Origin: a bacterium
Lineage (GTDB): Bacteria > Hinthialibacterota > Hinthialibacteria > Hinthialibacterales > Hinthialibacteraceae
Assembly (NCBI GenBank): GCA_963662285.2
Contig: CAXXMV010000008.1
Span: 1,568,001 to 1,632,000 of the forward strand
Direction: 5' to 3'
DNA length: 64,000 bases
Made by a program: the position numbers and the translations under genes. The notes under the pieces were generated by a model that had not been told where the DNA came from, ran no database searches, and was given only the letters and a program-made list of their open reading frames with translations. Positions 33,601-43,126 of the stretch are shown one piece after another. Numbering within the stretch: the first letter of the stretch is position 1; every line of letters begins with the position of its first letter.

Positions 33601-33766
33601 CTATAACAAACGCGGTCCGGCAACCCTGACATTCAACCAACCACTGACCAAAGCCTCACGCTGCAACCTGCTGGAACGCCAGGAACAGGAGATTGATAGA
33701 GAAGGCTATTCGGTTATGCTGAATATCAAGCCTTATGAGATAGTAACCCTGAAGATCGAGTTCTAA
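30629..33766 (+). CDS. GH38 alpha-mannosidase
   Basis: HSHIDVAWLW, WLPDVFGY, GYGDGGGGP, NQFHDIIPGS motifs. Confidence 0.95.
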   Translation: MKFPFEQVESRLKEFSQRQYYYSRIERCQNIRIANDDIGDPFDFAVKNGQWKKFSAGQKWPDIDSYYWLQAQVCTPDDFPKAPLLLLMRLSKDLTLHTPEGMVYVDGKMRHGIDRMHDVVRLSESAVANQKYQIAVRVYSGSPMIDLRPASVQPAQLEECAVASLNQAAYDFYHQARTMHQAIATMPDDSYIRGQLLGLLVEAFNRIDYCYPRSDEFYASITKSLRLLKSELKKIDVPPLPETVTGVGHSHIDVAWLWPLSRTREKSAHTFSTVLDLMERYPDYKFVQSQAQLYEYIKQDEPGLYKKIKQKIKNGQWEAEGGMWVEADCNLTSGESLVRQFLYGQRFFEDELGVKCKTLWLPDVFGYSWALPQILKGAEIENFVTSKISWNQYNQMPFDLFRWRGMDGSEVLTSFLTAPCHQWFYTYNGLMEPGEIKGTWQNFKPKSLHNEVLLSYGYGDGGGGPTEEMLQTARCLKDMPAFPKTRLGRVDEYLERLEPTRSQAPVWNGELYLEYHRGTYTSQAQNKRFNRQSELLMQQTELIASLAALAGTKYPRQRIRKVWEKILLNQFHDIIPGSSIHEVYEESTEDYQWIREEAESIIAESCAKLTKPTGKQKCYSIFNTLGWMRFEPLLLAGIEADSILDSDGDVIETQTIERVDGEKQLLADWDFEPFSAVTIQENKTTSESGTDECESSFRITKKLIENEVLRVNLNAYGEITSIYDKEAHREVLADGEKGNVFQAFEDKPLQHDAWDIDLFYQDKMISTGEKAEIEIIDNGPLRATLKIRKTILNSAIEQNISLYRDSNRIDFDTKVDWFNKDTLLKAAFPVAINASAATYDIQFGNVQRPTHFNTSWDWARFETCAHKWVDLSEGYYGVSLINDCKYGHDIHDHTIRLTLIKCAGFPDPLADVGTHRFAYSLVPHMGDWRDACIPQMAYEFNSAPLVLEGSWNHPLLPEDQPFIEVNSANIIVESVKFAEKEDALIVRLFECYNKRGPATLTFNQPLTKASRCNLLERQEQEIDREGYSVMLNIKPYEIVTLKIEF

Positions 33767-33772
33767 CCGTAA

Positions 33773-34540
33773 TTACGCAGCTAATTCATCATGAGCGGTT
33801 TCCCGTTCTGACCACAGAACGGGGACTGCGTCATAGTTCCTAAATGCTTCAATTACATTTGAAGAAACTTCCGTATTAGCATCATTGAGGAAAGAGTACA
33901 GTTTTGATTCTGGAGACCGGGTTTCCCTGGTATCAATCCATTTATAAAGCAGCGCTTCTACAGAATCTTTTCTGGGATTGTTTATGGTTTGCAAAATACG
34001 CTCAGGTTGTTGACGTGATTTAGGAATCACAAAATCAAACATATAATCAAAACCACTTTTACCTGAAAATTTAACTTTTGGCGTATAACGGATCTCCGTC
34101 AAATCCAGCCAATGCATCACATCTTCAAAAAACAGGCTGGTGATAACCGGCGATGCTGTATAGAATAGGTCATTAACCGATAGCATGGCTTGAATTATAT
34201 TATGCTTACGCAAAGGAAAATTATCCTTCGTAGCATGGATAACAAGTTGTTCTTGATCCACCTTTACGCCAAATCCAGCCAATGTCGTATCCAGTAGTTC
34301 CTTACGTCTTGGAGAATTCAGTTGACAACCTGAACTAATAAGATCATTAATAATATATCCGTCATCAGTCAATAAATAGCCGCCATTCTCTTTACGCGCA
34401 TAGATTTGCAGGCAATCGTTATGCCGATCAAGATAAGGCGTAGTGATTTCACACCATTGATCATTGACTTGTTCGATAACAGTCTTATCTTTAAGCCAAT
34501 CAATGTGCTTGTTTATAAGTATTTGAATCTCATCTTTCAT
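33773..34540 (-). CDS. DUF1828/DUF1829 domain protein
   Basis: EITTPYLDRHND, LTDDGY, GKSGFDYMFDF, FLND motifs. Confidence 0.8.
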   Translation of the reverse strand: MKDEIQILINKHIDWLKDKTVIEQVNDQWCEITTPYLDRHNDCLQIYARKENGGYLLTDDGYIINDLISSGCQLNSPRRKELLDTTLAGFGVKVDQEQLVIHATKDNFPLRKHNIIQAMLSVNDLFYTASPVITSLFFEDVMHWLDLTEIRYTPKVKFSGKSGFDYMFDFVIPKSRQQPERILQTINNPRKDSVEALLYKWIDTRETRSPESKLYSFLNDANTEVSSNVIEAFRNYDAVPVLWSERETAHDELAA

Positions 34541-34629
34541 GTCAACAAATCCGGTTGAATATCTGGTTTATCAATTATATTGCAATACTTCATAAAAGAC
34601 TGAAACGAATCATTCTGTATCTTAACCAT
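34537..34629 (-). pseudogene. C-terminal remnant of the usual upstream partner of DUF1828/1829 (DUF6978-like)
   Basis: MVKIQNDSFQSFMKYCNIIDKPDIQPDLLT* with ATGA overlap onto the DUF1829 start; FMxYCNI is recalled as the partner C-terminus. Confidence 0.5.
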
Positions 34630-34649
34630 GCAATTATTTTTTATTTTTC

Positions 34650-35354
34650 TTATCTCTCAAGAAGAAAGTTCTTGTATATTTGATAATGCTCAGTCTCTTG
34701 ATACTCAATGACGCTTACTGGACTATGATCGAAACTGTATATCTGAGCATCTTCGTAAGCCAACAAAATGGGGGAATGCGTCGCTATTATAAACTGCGCG
34801 TGTCCTCCTTTGACGTTTTCATGAATAATATCCAGCAACTCAAGTTGACTTTTGGGAGATAGCGCTGTCTCTGGTTCATCCAGAAAGTAGATACCCCTTA
34901 TCTTGTAGCGGGAACGAAAATAAGACATCATTGATTGGCCATGCGATTGCGTGACTAGAGACTTTCCTCCATAATATTTCAATTGCCCAGGATCGGAGGC
35001 CGCCCAACTATCGACTATACCCCTGAAATCGTTAAACAGTTCTGAACCGAAGTACGATCCAGGCGCCATTCCATTGGCCCACTCTAAGGAGATACATTTG
35101 TATAATTGTCTTTCATACGGGTTAAACTGGTAACGTTCATCTTCAGACTTGCGCCAAATATGAATATTGCCCGCAAGGGCTAACGCCTCCAATAAAGTGG
35201 ACTTTCCCGTACCATTCTCTCCCACGAAAAGAGTTACCGGAAATTCAAATCGCAATTGCTTAGTTTGATTGAAAACCGGCAAAGAGAAGGGGTAATGAAA
35301 ATTCGATGGGTACTTTTCATGGTTCAATGTGACGCTAATTATGTGATTGCTCAT
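34650..35354 (-). CDS. Predicted ATPase (COG3910, ABC-like)
   Basis: GENGTGKST, SHGQS, FLDEPETALSP, IATHSP motifs. Confidence 0.9.
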   Translation of the reverse strand: MSNHIISVTLNHEKYPSNFHYPFSLPVFNQTKQLRFEFPVTLFVGENGTGKSTLLEALALAGNIHIWRKSEDERYQFNPYERQLYKCISLEWANGMAPGSYFGSELFNDFRGIVDSWAASDPGQLKYYGGKSLVTQSHGQSMMSYFRSRYKIRGIYFLDEPETALSPKSQLELLDIIHENVKGGHAQFIIATHSPILLAYEDAQIYSFDHSPVSVIEYQETEHYQIYKNFLLER

Positions 35355-35496
35355 GGTGTATTTCTATTTCCTTCAAGCAGATTGAACCCTTATTATATTT
35401 CTTTATAAACATCTAACAAGATAATCACCCGCGCCACGGGATAAAAACCAGAGCCGCAATGCAGGAGATACACCCGAAAAAACTGTAGTTCAACAA

Positions 35497-35589
35497 TGAT
35501 TTTTTCTTCTGCGTTGATCGTTGATAAGAATTATTGAAATTGAAGAGGTGATAGCGCCAAGGGCAGAAAATACACTGCCTTTGGCGCCC
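35497..35589. repeat. Truncated family B MITE (one end plus interior)
   Basis: Aligns to 4897-4989 including the interior. Confidence 0.65.
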
Positions 35590-35600
35590 GCAACTCCTAT

Positions 35601-36878
35601 CTACCAATCAGTAACCGAACCATCATCGGCGTCATAGGTTTCGGGATTGCGCCAGTCGTGATCTATCTTGTCCGCCATTAGTTCTTCATCCAGTTCGATG
35701 CCTAAACCGGGAGCGGTGGGCAGCGGGATATATCCATCAATCACCTGGAAAGGCTCTGTTATGTAGCCGTCTCCCAGGGATGATTGTTCCTGACAGAGGA
35801 AATTGGGAATCGAAGCGGCCAATTGCAGCCCCGCAGCCAGAGAGATCGGTCCCAGTGGATTATGGGGCGCGATTCCGGCGTAATAGGCTTCAGCCATTCC
35901 CGCAATCAGGCGCACTTCGGTGATGCCTCCCGCATGGCACATATCGGGCTGCAGAATGCTGGCGGCGCGCTTCTCCAGAATTTCGCGGAAGCCCCATTTG
36001 GTGAAGATGCGCTCTCCAGTGGCAATGGGGATATGGGTGCTCTTGGCCAAATCAGCCATGATATCAACATTCTGACATTGCACCGGCTCCTCAATGAAAT
36101 AGGGCTGATACGGTTCGAGAGCATGTATAAGCACCTTGGCGGTCTGCGGGGGAACCTCGCCGTGAAAATCTATGGCGATGTCGCATTCCTTGCCGCCCGC
36201 TTCACGTAGAGAAGCGAACCGCTCCGTAGCGTATTCAATGAAGCCGGGATTCTCGATAATTCGGGTGGCGCGTTTTCGGGCGACTCCGGTTTTGAATGCC
36301 CGAAATCCTTGTTTCATACCGCGTTCGATATCTTCCGGCCTGCCAGCGCGTCCATAGACTTTGATCTTACTGCGGGTGGGGCCGCCCAAAAGTTCATAAA
36401 CTGGAACGCCCAGTGCTTTGCCTTTGATATCCCAAAGCGCCTGATCGATACCGGAAAGAGCGCTGGTGAGAATCGGGCCTCCGCGATAAAATGCCTGACG
36501 GTAAATGGCTTGCCAATGATGAACCACCCGGCGTGGATCTTTGCCGACCAGGTATGGCGCAATCTCCTGCACCGCTGTAGCGCAGGTTTTAGCGCGTCCT
36601 TCGAGGATCGGTTCTCCCAGTCCGGTAATTCCGGCGTTAGTATGTATTTTGAGAAACAACCAACGCGGCTTAACCAGGAAGGTTTCCAGTTTGGTTATCT
36701 TGAGAGCGCCTTTAGGATCAATAAGCGCCGCGCCGGATTTGGCGCCGCTTTTATCTGCGTAAGGATCGTTCTGGGCATTAAGAGACTGAGGTATTGCAGC
36801 GAGCGCTCCGGCGCCAAACATGTTCCGTAACATTGACCGCCGTGATAGGGCGTTGCCTAAGCTGGTTTTTCGCGTCAT
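35601..36878 (-). CDS. dgoD: Galactonate dehydratase-like enolase-superfamily enzyme with Tat signal
   Basis: SRRSML leader; PRWLFLKIHT, SGIDQALWDIKGK, DFHG, IEEP, ATGER, APHNPLGP motifs. Confidence 0.8.
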   Translation of the reverse strand: MTRKTSLGNALSRRSMLRNMFGAGALAAIPQSLNAQNDPYADKSGAKSGAALIDPKGALKITKLETFLVKPRWLFLKIHTNAGITGLGEPILEGRAKTCATAVQEIAPYLVGKDPRRVVHHWQAIYRQAFYRGGPILTSALSGIDQALWDIKGKALGVPVYELLGGPTRSKIKVYGRAGRPEDIERGMKQGFRAFKTGVARKRATRIIENPGFIEYATERFASLREAGGKECDIAIDFHGEVPPQTAKVLIHALEPYQPYFIEEPVQCQNVDIMADLAKSTHIPIATGERIFTKWGFREILEKRAASILQPDMCHAGGITEVRLIAGMAEAYYAGIAPHNPLGPISLAAGLQLAASIPNFLCQEQSSLGDGYITEPFQVIDGYIPLPTAPGLGIELDEELMADKIDHDWRNPETYDADDGSVTDW

Positions 36879-37094
36879 TTTGATGATCCTTCCTGATAGA
36901 AACTTGTATAATAAGTTCTGATTCGCGTTTACAAATCCTGTAAAAATAGTCTCTTATAAGACCAAACGCGACTATAATAGAACATGTTTTTGAGTAATGC
37001 TCTAATATTAAAAAAAAACTGGCGCCCAGTATAGAGACAATACTTATTTATATGATAATATGATATTTATACCAATGGAGAGGTTGCAAAGTTC

Positions 37095-37679
37095 ATGACA
37101 AACAAATGCTATAACCGCGGTTTCACCTTGATCGAATTGCTAATAGTTGTAGCCATCATCGGCATTCTGGCGGCTATCGCCGTACCAAATTTCCTGAATG
37201 CGCAGCTCCGCGCCAGAGTAGCCCAGGCCTATGGAGATCAGCGCGCTTTAGCCATCGGATTTGATATGTATGCGGTGGATAATAACAACAGGTATCCATA
37301 TAGAGGCGGCAATCTGTGGGAATCATACATAATCTATCCTATGCTGACCACGCCGGTAGCCTATATGAACAGCATACCGCATGATCAATTTACTATCAAA
37401 GACTCTCCACAGCGCGTAGCTCACGGTCATTATTATCCCGCCTGGAACGTTCATGCGGTGGTTATCGCTAATAGTTGGAATCCGGGCTGGGGCGGTTATC
37501 CCGTGCTCAATGCAGTAAAGAGCGGCTCTCGAATATTGATGGTCAGTTCCGGGCCGGATAAACACGAAGATATAGGCTCCCAGGGCGGCGGCCTTCTGGC
37601 CTATCACATGAGCAATGGATTGATCTCTGAAGGCGATATCTACCGATTCACGCCTGGAAATAAAGGCGATTCATTCTAG
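37095..37679 (+). CDS. Prepilin-type N-terminal cleavage/methylation protein (GspG-like)
   Basis: GFTLIELLIVVAIIGILAAIAVPNF; SSGPD...SNGLISEGDI. Confidence 0.88.
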   Translation: MTNKCYNRGFTLIELLIVVAIIGILAAIAVPNFLNAQLRARVAQAYGDQRALAIGFDMYAVDNNNRYPYRGGNLWESYIIYPMLTTPVAYMNSIPHDQFTIKDSPQRVAHGHYYPAWNVHAVVIANSWNPGWGGYPVLNAVKSGSRILMVSSGPDKHEDIGSQGGGLLAYHMSNGLISEGDIYRFTPGNKGDSF

Positions 37680-37867
37680 ATATCTCTATAGTTATAAGTC
37701 TGTTTAATATCTAAAAATCACAGCATTATACTAATAATAAATGTCGGATAATCCTCTTTCTATGCTACTTTATAATCAGAAATGTTGGACGTACATACTT
37801 TCTAATTCGCGTGATTATAAATGAGCATATTTCAAGAACCGCTCCAGCAGAGCAAAAATCATAACTA

Positions 37868-38395
37868 TTGATGAACACGAACGAATTTGAACAGTTGGCT
37901 CAGGAGCATCTCAGGCCGCTATACAGTTATTGTTTAAGCCTGATGTGCGACGCGCACTGCGCTGAAGAATTGGCGCAGGAAGTATTGGTGCGCGCCTTTC
38001 AGGCTTGGCCTACCTTAAGAGACCACAGCCGGTTCGCGCCCTGGCTGCGCGGCATCGCCCGCAGATGCTCGTGGAACCTATGGCGCAGCGCCAAACGGAA
38101 TCCACTGGATCGCAGAGAAAACGCCGATGACAGCGAATTGCTCGATACGATTGTCGATGAACAGGGTACGCCTGCCGACCAAATGCAAAAAAATGAACTG
38201 AAGCAATCATTATTGAAAGCATTGAAGAAGTTATCTCAGCGTAACCGCGAGGTGGTTATTCTGCGCTATTTCGAAGAACTATCCTATGCGGAAATCGCCC
38301 TACGCCTGGGTATTACCATAGACGTAGTCGACCAGCGCCTGACCCGTTCAAAATTGAAGTTGCGCGGGATGCTGCAATCGGTGGAGATATATTAA
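37868..38395 (+). CDS. ECF sigma factor
   Basis: AEELAQEV, FAPWLRGIA, LRYFEELSYAEIA motifs. Confidence 0.9.
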   Translation: MMNTNEFEQLAQEHLRPLYSYCLSLMCDAHCAEELAQEVLVRAFQAWPTLRDHSRFAPWLRGIARRCSWNLWRSAKRNPLDRRENADDSELLDTIVDEQGTPADQMQKNELKQSLLKALKKLSQRNREVVILRYFEELSYAEIALRLGITIDVVDQRLTRSKLKLRGMLQSVEIY

Positions 38396-38396
38396 A

Positions 38397-39887
38397 ATGA
38401 CCATGAAACCAATAAAAAAACTACATGGATATCTTTCCCGGTACGTCGATGACTGTCTCTCGCATGATGAGAAAGCATTCGTAGACGCCCATCTGCAATC
38501 AAATAGCAAGTTGCGCGAGGTAGTCGATTCGCTGCGCTCCATATCACATATTCTAAATAAGGCTTTCAGGGAGATTGAACCAATGAACGCCGTGGAACTC
38601 CGCTTACAACAATTCGTAAATAACATACCCCATAGGGCTGCGCATTATCCAAAAAGAAAATGGTTCTCAGACTGGAGCGGTTTTTTCGCCAATCACAGAA
38701 AACTGCAATACGCCGGTATTGGCGCGTCAATCTTGATCCTGACCATGTTAATCGTTCCCGGATTGATTGAACCCCATTTAAATTCATTGAACAAATTACC
38801 ATCCATACAAACAGAAAAAGACCTTGCTTTAGGTAATTACGTAATACAAGAAAATCGCGACAAAAAAGGCGGCGCCATGCGCGGTGTAACGGCCGGAGTA
38901 AGCCTCGGCGAACCGCTCCGCCGCAGCAAAGGAATTGAGAAATACGATTCTAATGAACGGTTTGGCAAAGGATACAGCCTGGGAAGACCTTTATCGCCTA
39001 ATACTAAAGGCGGCGCCTTCGGAGGATTAGGCAATGAAACTAATGCATTAGTATATGATTCCAGGGGTATGGATAATGACGGTGATGGAATAAGAGAAAA
39101 ATATATCACAGATCAACCATCACCAGGCAATCAAATTGCCCAAGCTGACGCTAAATCCGATAAACCGCCCAAGGGAGAAAAAGGCGAACAGGCCATAATC
39201 GATGTCCGCAAAATCACCCGCAACGCCGATATGCAGGTCGAAGTTGCAGATATAAAAGAAGCGCAGAAGAAGGTTGAACAGATCGTAACAGAATCGGGAG
39301 GCGCCGTCGCCCATCTATCAACCCGCGAAGACGAAGACCGGCCTAGTGCGCAATACACTCTCTGGATACCATCCGCCAAACTGGATGCAGTGATTGAATC
39401 ATGCAAACAATTAGGTAAAGTGCAAAATCTGGAAATACAGATCCAAGACATCACCGAATCATATTTCGATCAGCAAACCCGCATCAAAAACCTGCAACGC
39501 CAGGAAGAGCGCTTATTGAAACTCTATGAACGCGACACGGTGAAGATGGAGGAACTGCTCAAGGTTGAACAAGAGATAGCGCGGGTTCGCATCGAGGTCG
39601 AGAACTTGCAGGGACGGCAACGGCTCTGGGATCGGCAGATTCAATTCTCCACCCTATCCCTAAGTTTGCTTCAAAAACCAAAAGAGAAGCCCATCGTCGA
39701 ATCTGAAGCGCAAGACGTATTCACCCCCATCCGCCGCGCATTCCAAGACGCCATCGCGGTTATCATGTATTCCTGTTCGCTGCTGGCAACCCTGGCGGCC
39801 TGGATATTCTCCTTCGCATTATTCATCGTACCCTGGCTAATATTGGTCGCAATCATCTGGTATATTATAAAACGCCGCATGAAGTAG
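38397..39887 (+). CDS. Anti-sigma-like protein with DUF4349 domain
   Basis: N-terminal LSRYVDDCL..VDAHL (degenerate zf-HC2), TM segment, then KITRNA..DITESYFD..STLSL and a C-terminal TM. Confidence 0.75.
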   Translation: MTMKPIKKLHGYLSRYVDDCLSHDEKAFVDAHLQSNSKLREVVDSLRSISHILNKAFREIEPMNAVELRLQQFVNNIPHRAAHYPKRKWFSDWSGFFANHRKLQYAGIGASILILTMLIVPGLIEPHLNSLNKLPSIQTEKDLALGNYVIQENRDKKGGAMRGVTAGVSLGEPLRRSKGIEKYDSNERFGKGYSLGRPLSPNTKGGAFGGLGNETNALVYDSRGMDNDGDGIREKYITDQPSPGNQIAQADAKSDKPPKGEKGEQAIIDVRKITRNADMQVEVADIKEAQKKVEQIVTESGGAVAHLSTREDEDRPSAQYTLWIPSAKLDAVIESCKQLGKVQNLEIQIQDITESYFDQQTRIKNLQRQEERLLKLYERDTVKMEELLKVEQEIARVRIEVENLQGRQRLWDRQIQFSTLSLSLLQKPKEKPIVESEAQDVFTPIRRAFQDAIAVIMYSCSLLATLAAWIFSFALFIVPWLILVAIIWYIIKRRMK

Positions 39888-39915
39888 ACGGGTAAAACGA
39901 GAAACATTATAGAGT

Positions 39916-39988
39916 GGGTAGCATCGGCTTCTAGCCGGTACGCCAATCCCTTCCTATTTGGCGCACCGGCTAGAAGCCGGTGCTACCC
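39916..39988. repeat. Long inverted repeat (about 30-bp arms), REP doublet or bidirectional terminator
   Basis: gggtagcatcggcttctagccggtacgccaa / ttggcgcaccggctagaagccggtgctaccc between convergent genes. Confidence 0.8.
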
Positions 39989-40025
39989 TTTTTGATGCTA
40001 CCTGTATATAGAATCTTTTGTGTAT

Positions 40026-41375
40026 CTAAACAATATCCTGCTTCTCAGCATCCCAGCGCACTTCCCGTCTTTCCATGTAGGATTTAACCGACATAACGCA
40101 GGTTGCGGTTTCGATGAAGGCTTCATCTTCGTTGCATTTGGCTTTTTTGCGGCTGCGCACGCTATTGAAGAAGTCCTGCATGTGGCTGGGTAGTTCAGGA
40201 GTCTTTTTAGGATCAAATTTCATCATCGGTTTGTTGGAATTCAATTTACCCGTTTCGAGTTGCGAGGCGTATTTAGCCGATGAACCGTCTGGATAGACGT
40301 CAAAGGTGCTGACAGATTGGGCGATGGAATCAAAGCGCAGCATGCCTTCTTTACCCCGGAACTCAGGCGGCTGAACGAAGGCGCTATTCATGCTGCAATC
40401 AAACGAGACATTACAGCCCTTCTTTTCGTACTTATAAATTGTGCTCCAAGTATCAGGCACTTCACGCCCGTCATCAAGCAGGATGTTTTGTCCGCTGCAC
40501 ATGCATGCTTCCGGGATGCCCAGGCGCAGCACGGAATGCACGAAATCAATTTCATGCGACAACAGATCGCCCGCAATGCCAGTTCCATAAGGCCAGTAGC
40601 AGCGCCAATGCCAGAAATGCTCCATATTAAAGGGAATCTTGGGACATTTTCCCAGCCAGCGCTGCCAATCAACATCCTTTATAACCTCTTTAGGATCAGG
40701 ACGCTCAAAACGGTCATACCACCCATACCAACGCCAGATGTTTTGTCCCATAGGCCGGTTTTCAAAACGTCCGATTTTAACCAAGGTTACCGGACCGATA
40801 ACGCCTTCTTTAATCAACTCTGCGGCTTGTACTCCAGAGGTCATGGAACGGGCCTGATGCCCCAGCTGCATGATTGTGTTGTTCTTCTTAATGGCGGCCA
40901 GCATCTCTTTGGCTTCGGCGATAGAACGGGTCCAGCCTTTTTCGATGTAGATATCTTTGCCTGCATTGGCGGCGTCGACCAGGATTTGTTTATGCCAATG
41001 GTCTGGCGTAGCGACCACTACGACATCGACCTTTGGATCAGCCAGCAGGTCTTTGTAGTCGATATAGGTCTTCACCTCAGGATTCATGCTTCGATCAACG
41101 CCTTTATCCCGGTGTCCTTTATAAACATCGCAAACCGCTACCACCTTGGTTCCTTTGATACCTCCACCTTGCTGCCTTCCCGCCACTTGAGTCAGAAGCG
41201 TGCCGCCCCGAACTCCGATGCCGATATGTCCTACGCCTATTACATCGTTAGCGGATTTAGCGGCCAGAACCGCAGGAGCGCTTGTGGATAAAATAGTCAG
41301 AGCGGTTGCTCCGGTTCCAGTAGTTCCAAGAAAATTTCTTCGCGATAGTTTTTGATTCATAATATAATTCGCCAT
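40026..41375 (-). CDS. Gfo/Idh/MocA oxidoreductase with Tat signal
   Basis: SRRNFL leader, IGIGVRG, ATPDHWH, YIEK motifs. Confidence 0.92.
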   Translation of the reverse strand: MANYIMNQKLSRRNFLGTTGTGATALTILSTSAPAVLAAKSANDVIGVGHIGIGVRGGTLLTQVAGRQQGGGIKGTKVVAVCDVYKGHRDKGVDRSMNPEVKTYIDYKDLLADPKVDVVVVATPDHWHKQILVDAANAGKDIYIEKGWTRSIAEAKEMLAAIKKNNTIMQLGHQARSMTSGVQAAELIKEGVIGPVTLVKIGRFENRPMGQNIWRWYGWYDRFERPDPKEVIKDVDWQRWLGKCPKIPFNMEHFWHWRCYWPYGTGIAGDLLSHEIDFVHSVLRLGIPEACMCSGQNILLDDGREVPDTWSTIYKYEKKGCNVSFDCSMNSAFVQPPEFRGKEGMLRFDSIAQSVSTFDVYPDGSSAKYASQLETGKLNSNKPMMKFDPKKTPELPSHMQDFFNSVRSRKKAKCNEDEAFIETATCVMSVKSYMERREVRWDAEKQDIV

Positions 41376-41478
41376 TTCGACATATATATTATCAAAAATT
41401 CAGGAAACCGTGATATTAATAATACTAATCCTTGTTGATTCTGTAATCATAGTCAAGTTGCGTATTGAACGCACTACT

Positions 41479-42738
41479 TTATTGTTCTTCATTAAAGTAG
41501 TACAGGAACACTTCAAGCAGTTGTTGACCGAATAATTCCCAATCCTCGCCGAAAGGTTCCTTTTTTAATCCTGCTATCCAGTTGCAATTAAGTTCCTGGA
41601 TTATGGCGTTGATGCCGAAGCGCTCCAGGAAGCCTTCGCCCAAAGAGCCTGGATTATGAAAATTGCCGCCGGTAGCGCCTTCGGTAAACCAGGTCTTGGC
41701 ATATAAAAGTTTCTCGAAGCGCTTCATATCGGCCAGATATTTATCCAGCGAAATATTGGGACGGCTGATATGCAAGTTGCCGCCTTCGTCATTATGAAAA
41801 TCGATTGCCAGGTCAGGTCGCTTGCCTTTATCTATCATTGATCTGATCCAGGATTCCAGAGCATGATTTTCGGGCGAGAGTTTGACATCCGCCGGTTTAT
41901 CCCATTTACGGTTCAAGTCCATACCCAGGCTGTTGAAGCGGGTCCAACCACGGGCCACGCCATCCTTGTTCGACATCGGCATAATATATACGCAGAATTT
42001 TTCACGATAACGGCGTGATGCTTCGTCATCTTGCAGAAATTTATTGATTAAACCTTGCGCCACCCAGTTGCCTCCAGGTTCCCAGGGATGCGCCCTAGCG
42101 CGAAGCAAGACGCTGTGAGGCGCATTAGGGTCGCCTACCCGTATAATCTCCAGTTCGCGGCCTTCGACCGTATGGCCGATTGTCTCGATTCCAACCAATG
42201 GATTATCTTTAATCTTGCGTTTAAGTCTCTCCAGATCGCTTATTCTATAAGGTTCAAGCCGTGCGGCGTACATGTTTTCCTGCTTCATGTGAACTGTGAA
42301 TTTTATCAGGCTTTTATCAACGAATTTTGCTGGAATCACTTCCCAATCCTTCCCATCAGGTGATAGAAAGCAGATTGATTTTTCCGATACAGGAATCCCA
42401 CGCTTGCCATTCCAGACATTATGAAAATTATGCAGTATGAATGTAAGATCAGAATCTTGGCGCCCCTGTATCTGGAAATGCCAGTGACCATTAGCACGGT
42501 TAGTCGAGTTGCGCTCTAAATCGTATTTTAGATAGACATGGATATTCAAGTCTGCATCAACCTCCCAATGTAGAGGAGAAGCGTTCTCGAAACTGGTGTT
42601 AATGTAATAAAAGTCGGGATGCAATACAGGATCAACGGTTGGTTGAGGCTGGGCGGATGCAATAGTGCTAATTGTGAAGAAGTATAAGATTGAAGCGATG
42701 CAAAAGAGTGTTCTTTTTATCATGGTAATGTTCTCCAA
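41479..42738 (-). CDS. M14 zinc carboxypeptidase family protein
   Basis: RAHPWE, NKDGV, DLNR, IDFH motifs; signal peptide. Confidence 0.85.
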   Translation of the reverse strand: MENITMIKRTLFCIASILYFFTISTIASAQPQPTVDPVLHPDFYYINTSFENASPLHWEVDADLNIHVYLKYDLERNSTNRANGHWHFQIQGRQDSDLTFILHNFHNVWNGKRGIPVSEKSICFLSPDGKDWEVIPAKFVDKSLIKFTVHMKQENMYAARLEPYRISDLERLKRKIKDNPLVGIETIGHTVEGRELEIIRVGDPNAPHSVLLRARAHPWEPGGNWVAQGLINKFLQDDEASRRYREKFCVYIMPMSNKDGVARGWTRFNSLGMDLNRKWDKPADVKLSPENHALESWIRSMIDKGKRPDLAIDFHNDEGGNLHISRPNISLDKYLADMKRFEKLLYAKTWFTEGATGGNFHNPGSLGEGFLERFGINAIIQELNCNWIAGLKKEPFGEDWELFGQQLLEVFLYYFNEEQ

Positions 42739-42831
42739 AATTTTATGTGATTACTCATTATCCAAATATTTAATACTAAAAACGGCAGTTAGATAATGAT
42801 ATTAAAGTCAATTGGAAAATCTATAGTTTTA

Positions 42832-42979
42832 GCAAACAACCCCCTCTTGAATTCTCCCCCAATTTGGGGGAGAGGGATTATGGTATATAAACATATAGAT
42901 CGTTTAGACTTAGCTATTCAAAAACCTTGGTAACACATCCCTCTCCCAAGATTGGGAGAGGTTAGGTGAGGGTTGATAA
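42832..42979. mobile_element. MITE/REPIN family C
   Basis: CCCCTCTTGAATTCTCCCCCAA..GGGGGAGAGGGA ... CCTCTCCCAAGATTGGGAGAGGTTAGG; full-length homolog at 57378-57526. Confidence 0.75.
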
Positions 42980-43056
42980 CAATCACCTTAGCAAACAAAT
43001 TACCACTATAGTTATTGCACCTTCAGGGTGAAGAGGTAAGTAATTTTCTCGATTTT

Positions 43057-43102
43057 TTTTGTCTGAATCTGGATAGCCATGATGGAAGGATGATCAGGAT
43101 TT
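43057..43102. repeat. Repeat family D (TTTTGTCTGAATCTGGAT..ATCAGGATTT)
   Basis: Homolog at 55506-55552. Confidence 0.65.
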
Positions 43103-43126
43103 TTTTTATATAGGGTCTTGACCTAA

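Noticed and set aside
40317-41291. 324-aa plus-strand ORF, and similar long antisense ORFs such as 29202-30005, 26889-27608 and 18450-19082
   Set aside because: They are fully antisense to well-supported genes and carry no motifs; codon-bias shadows.
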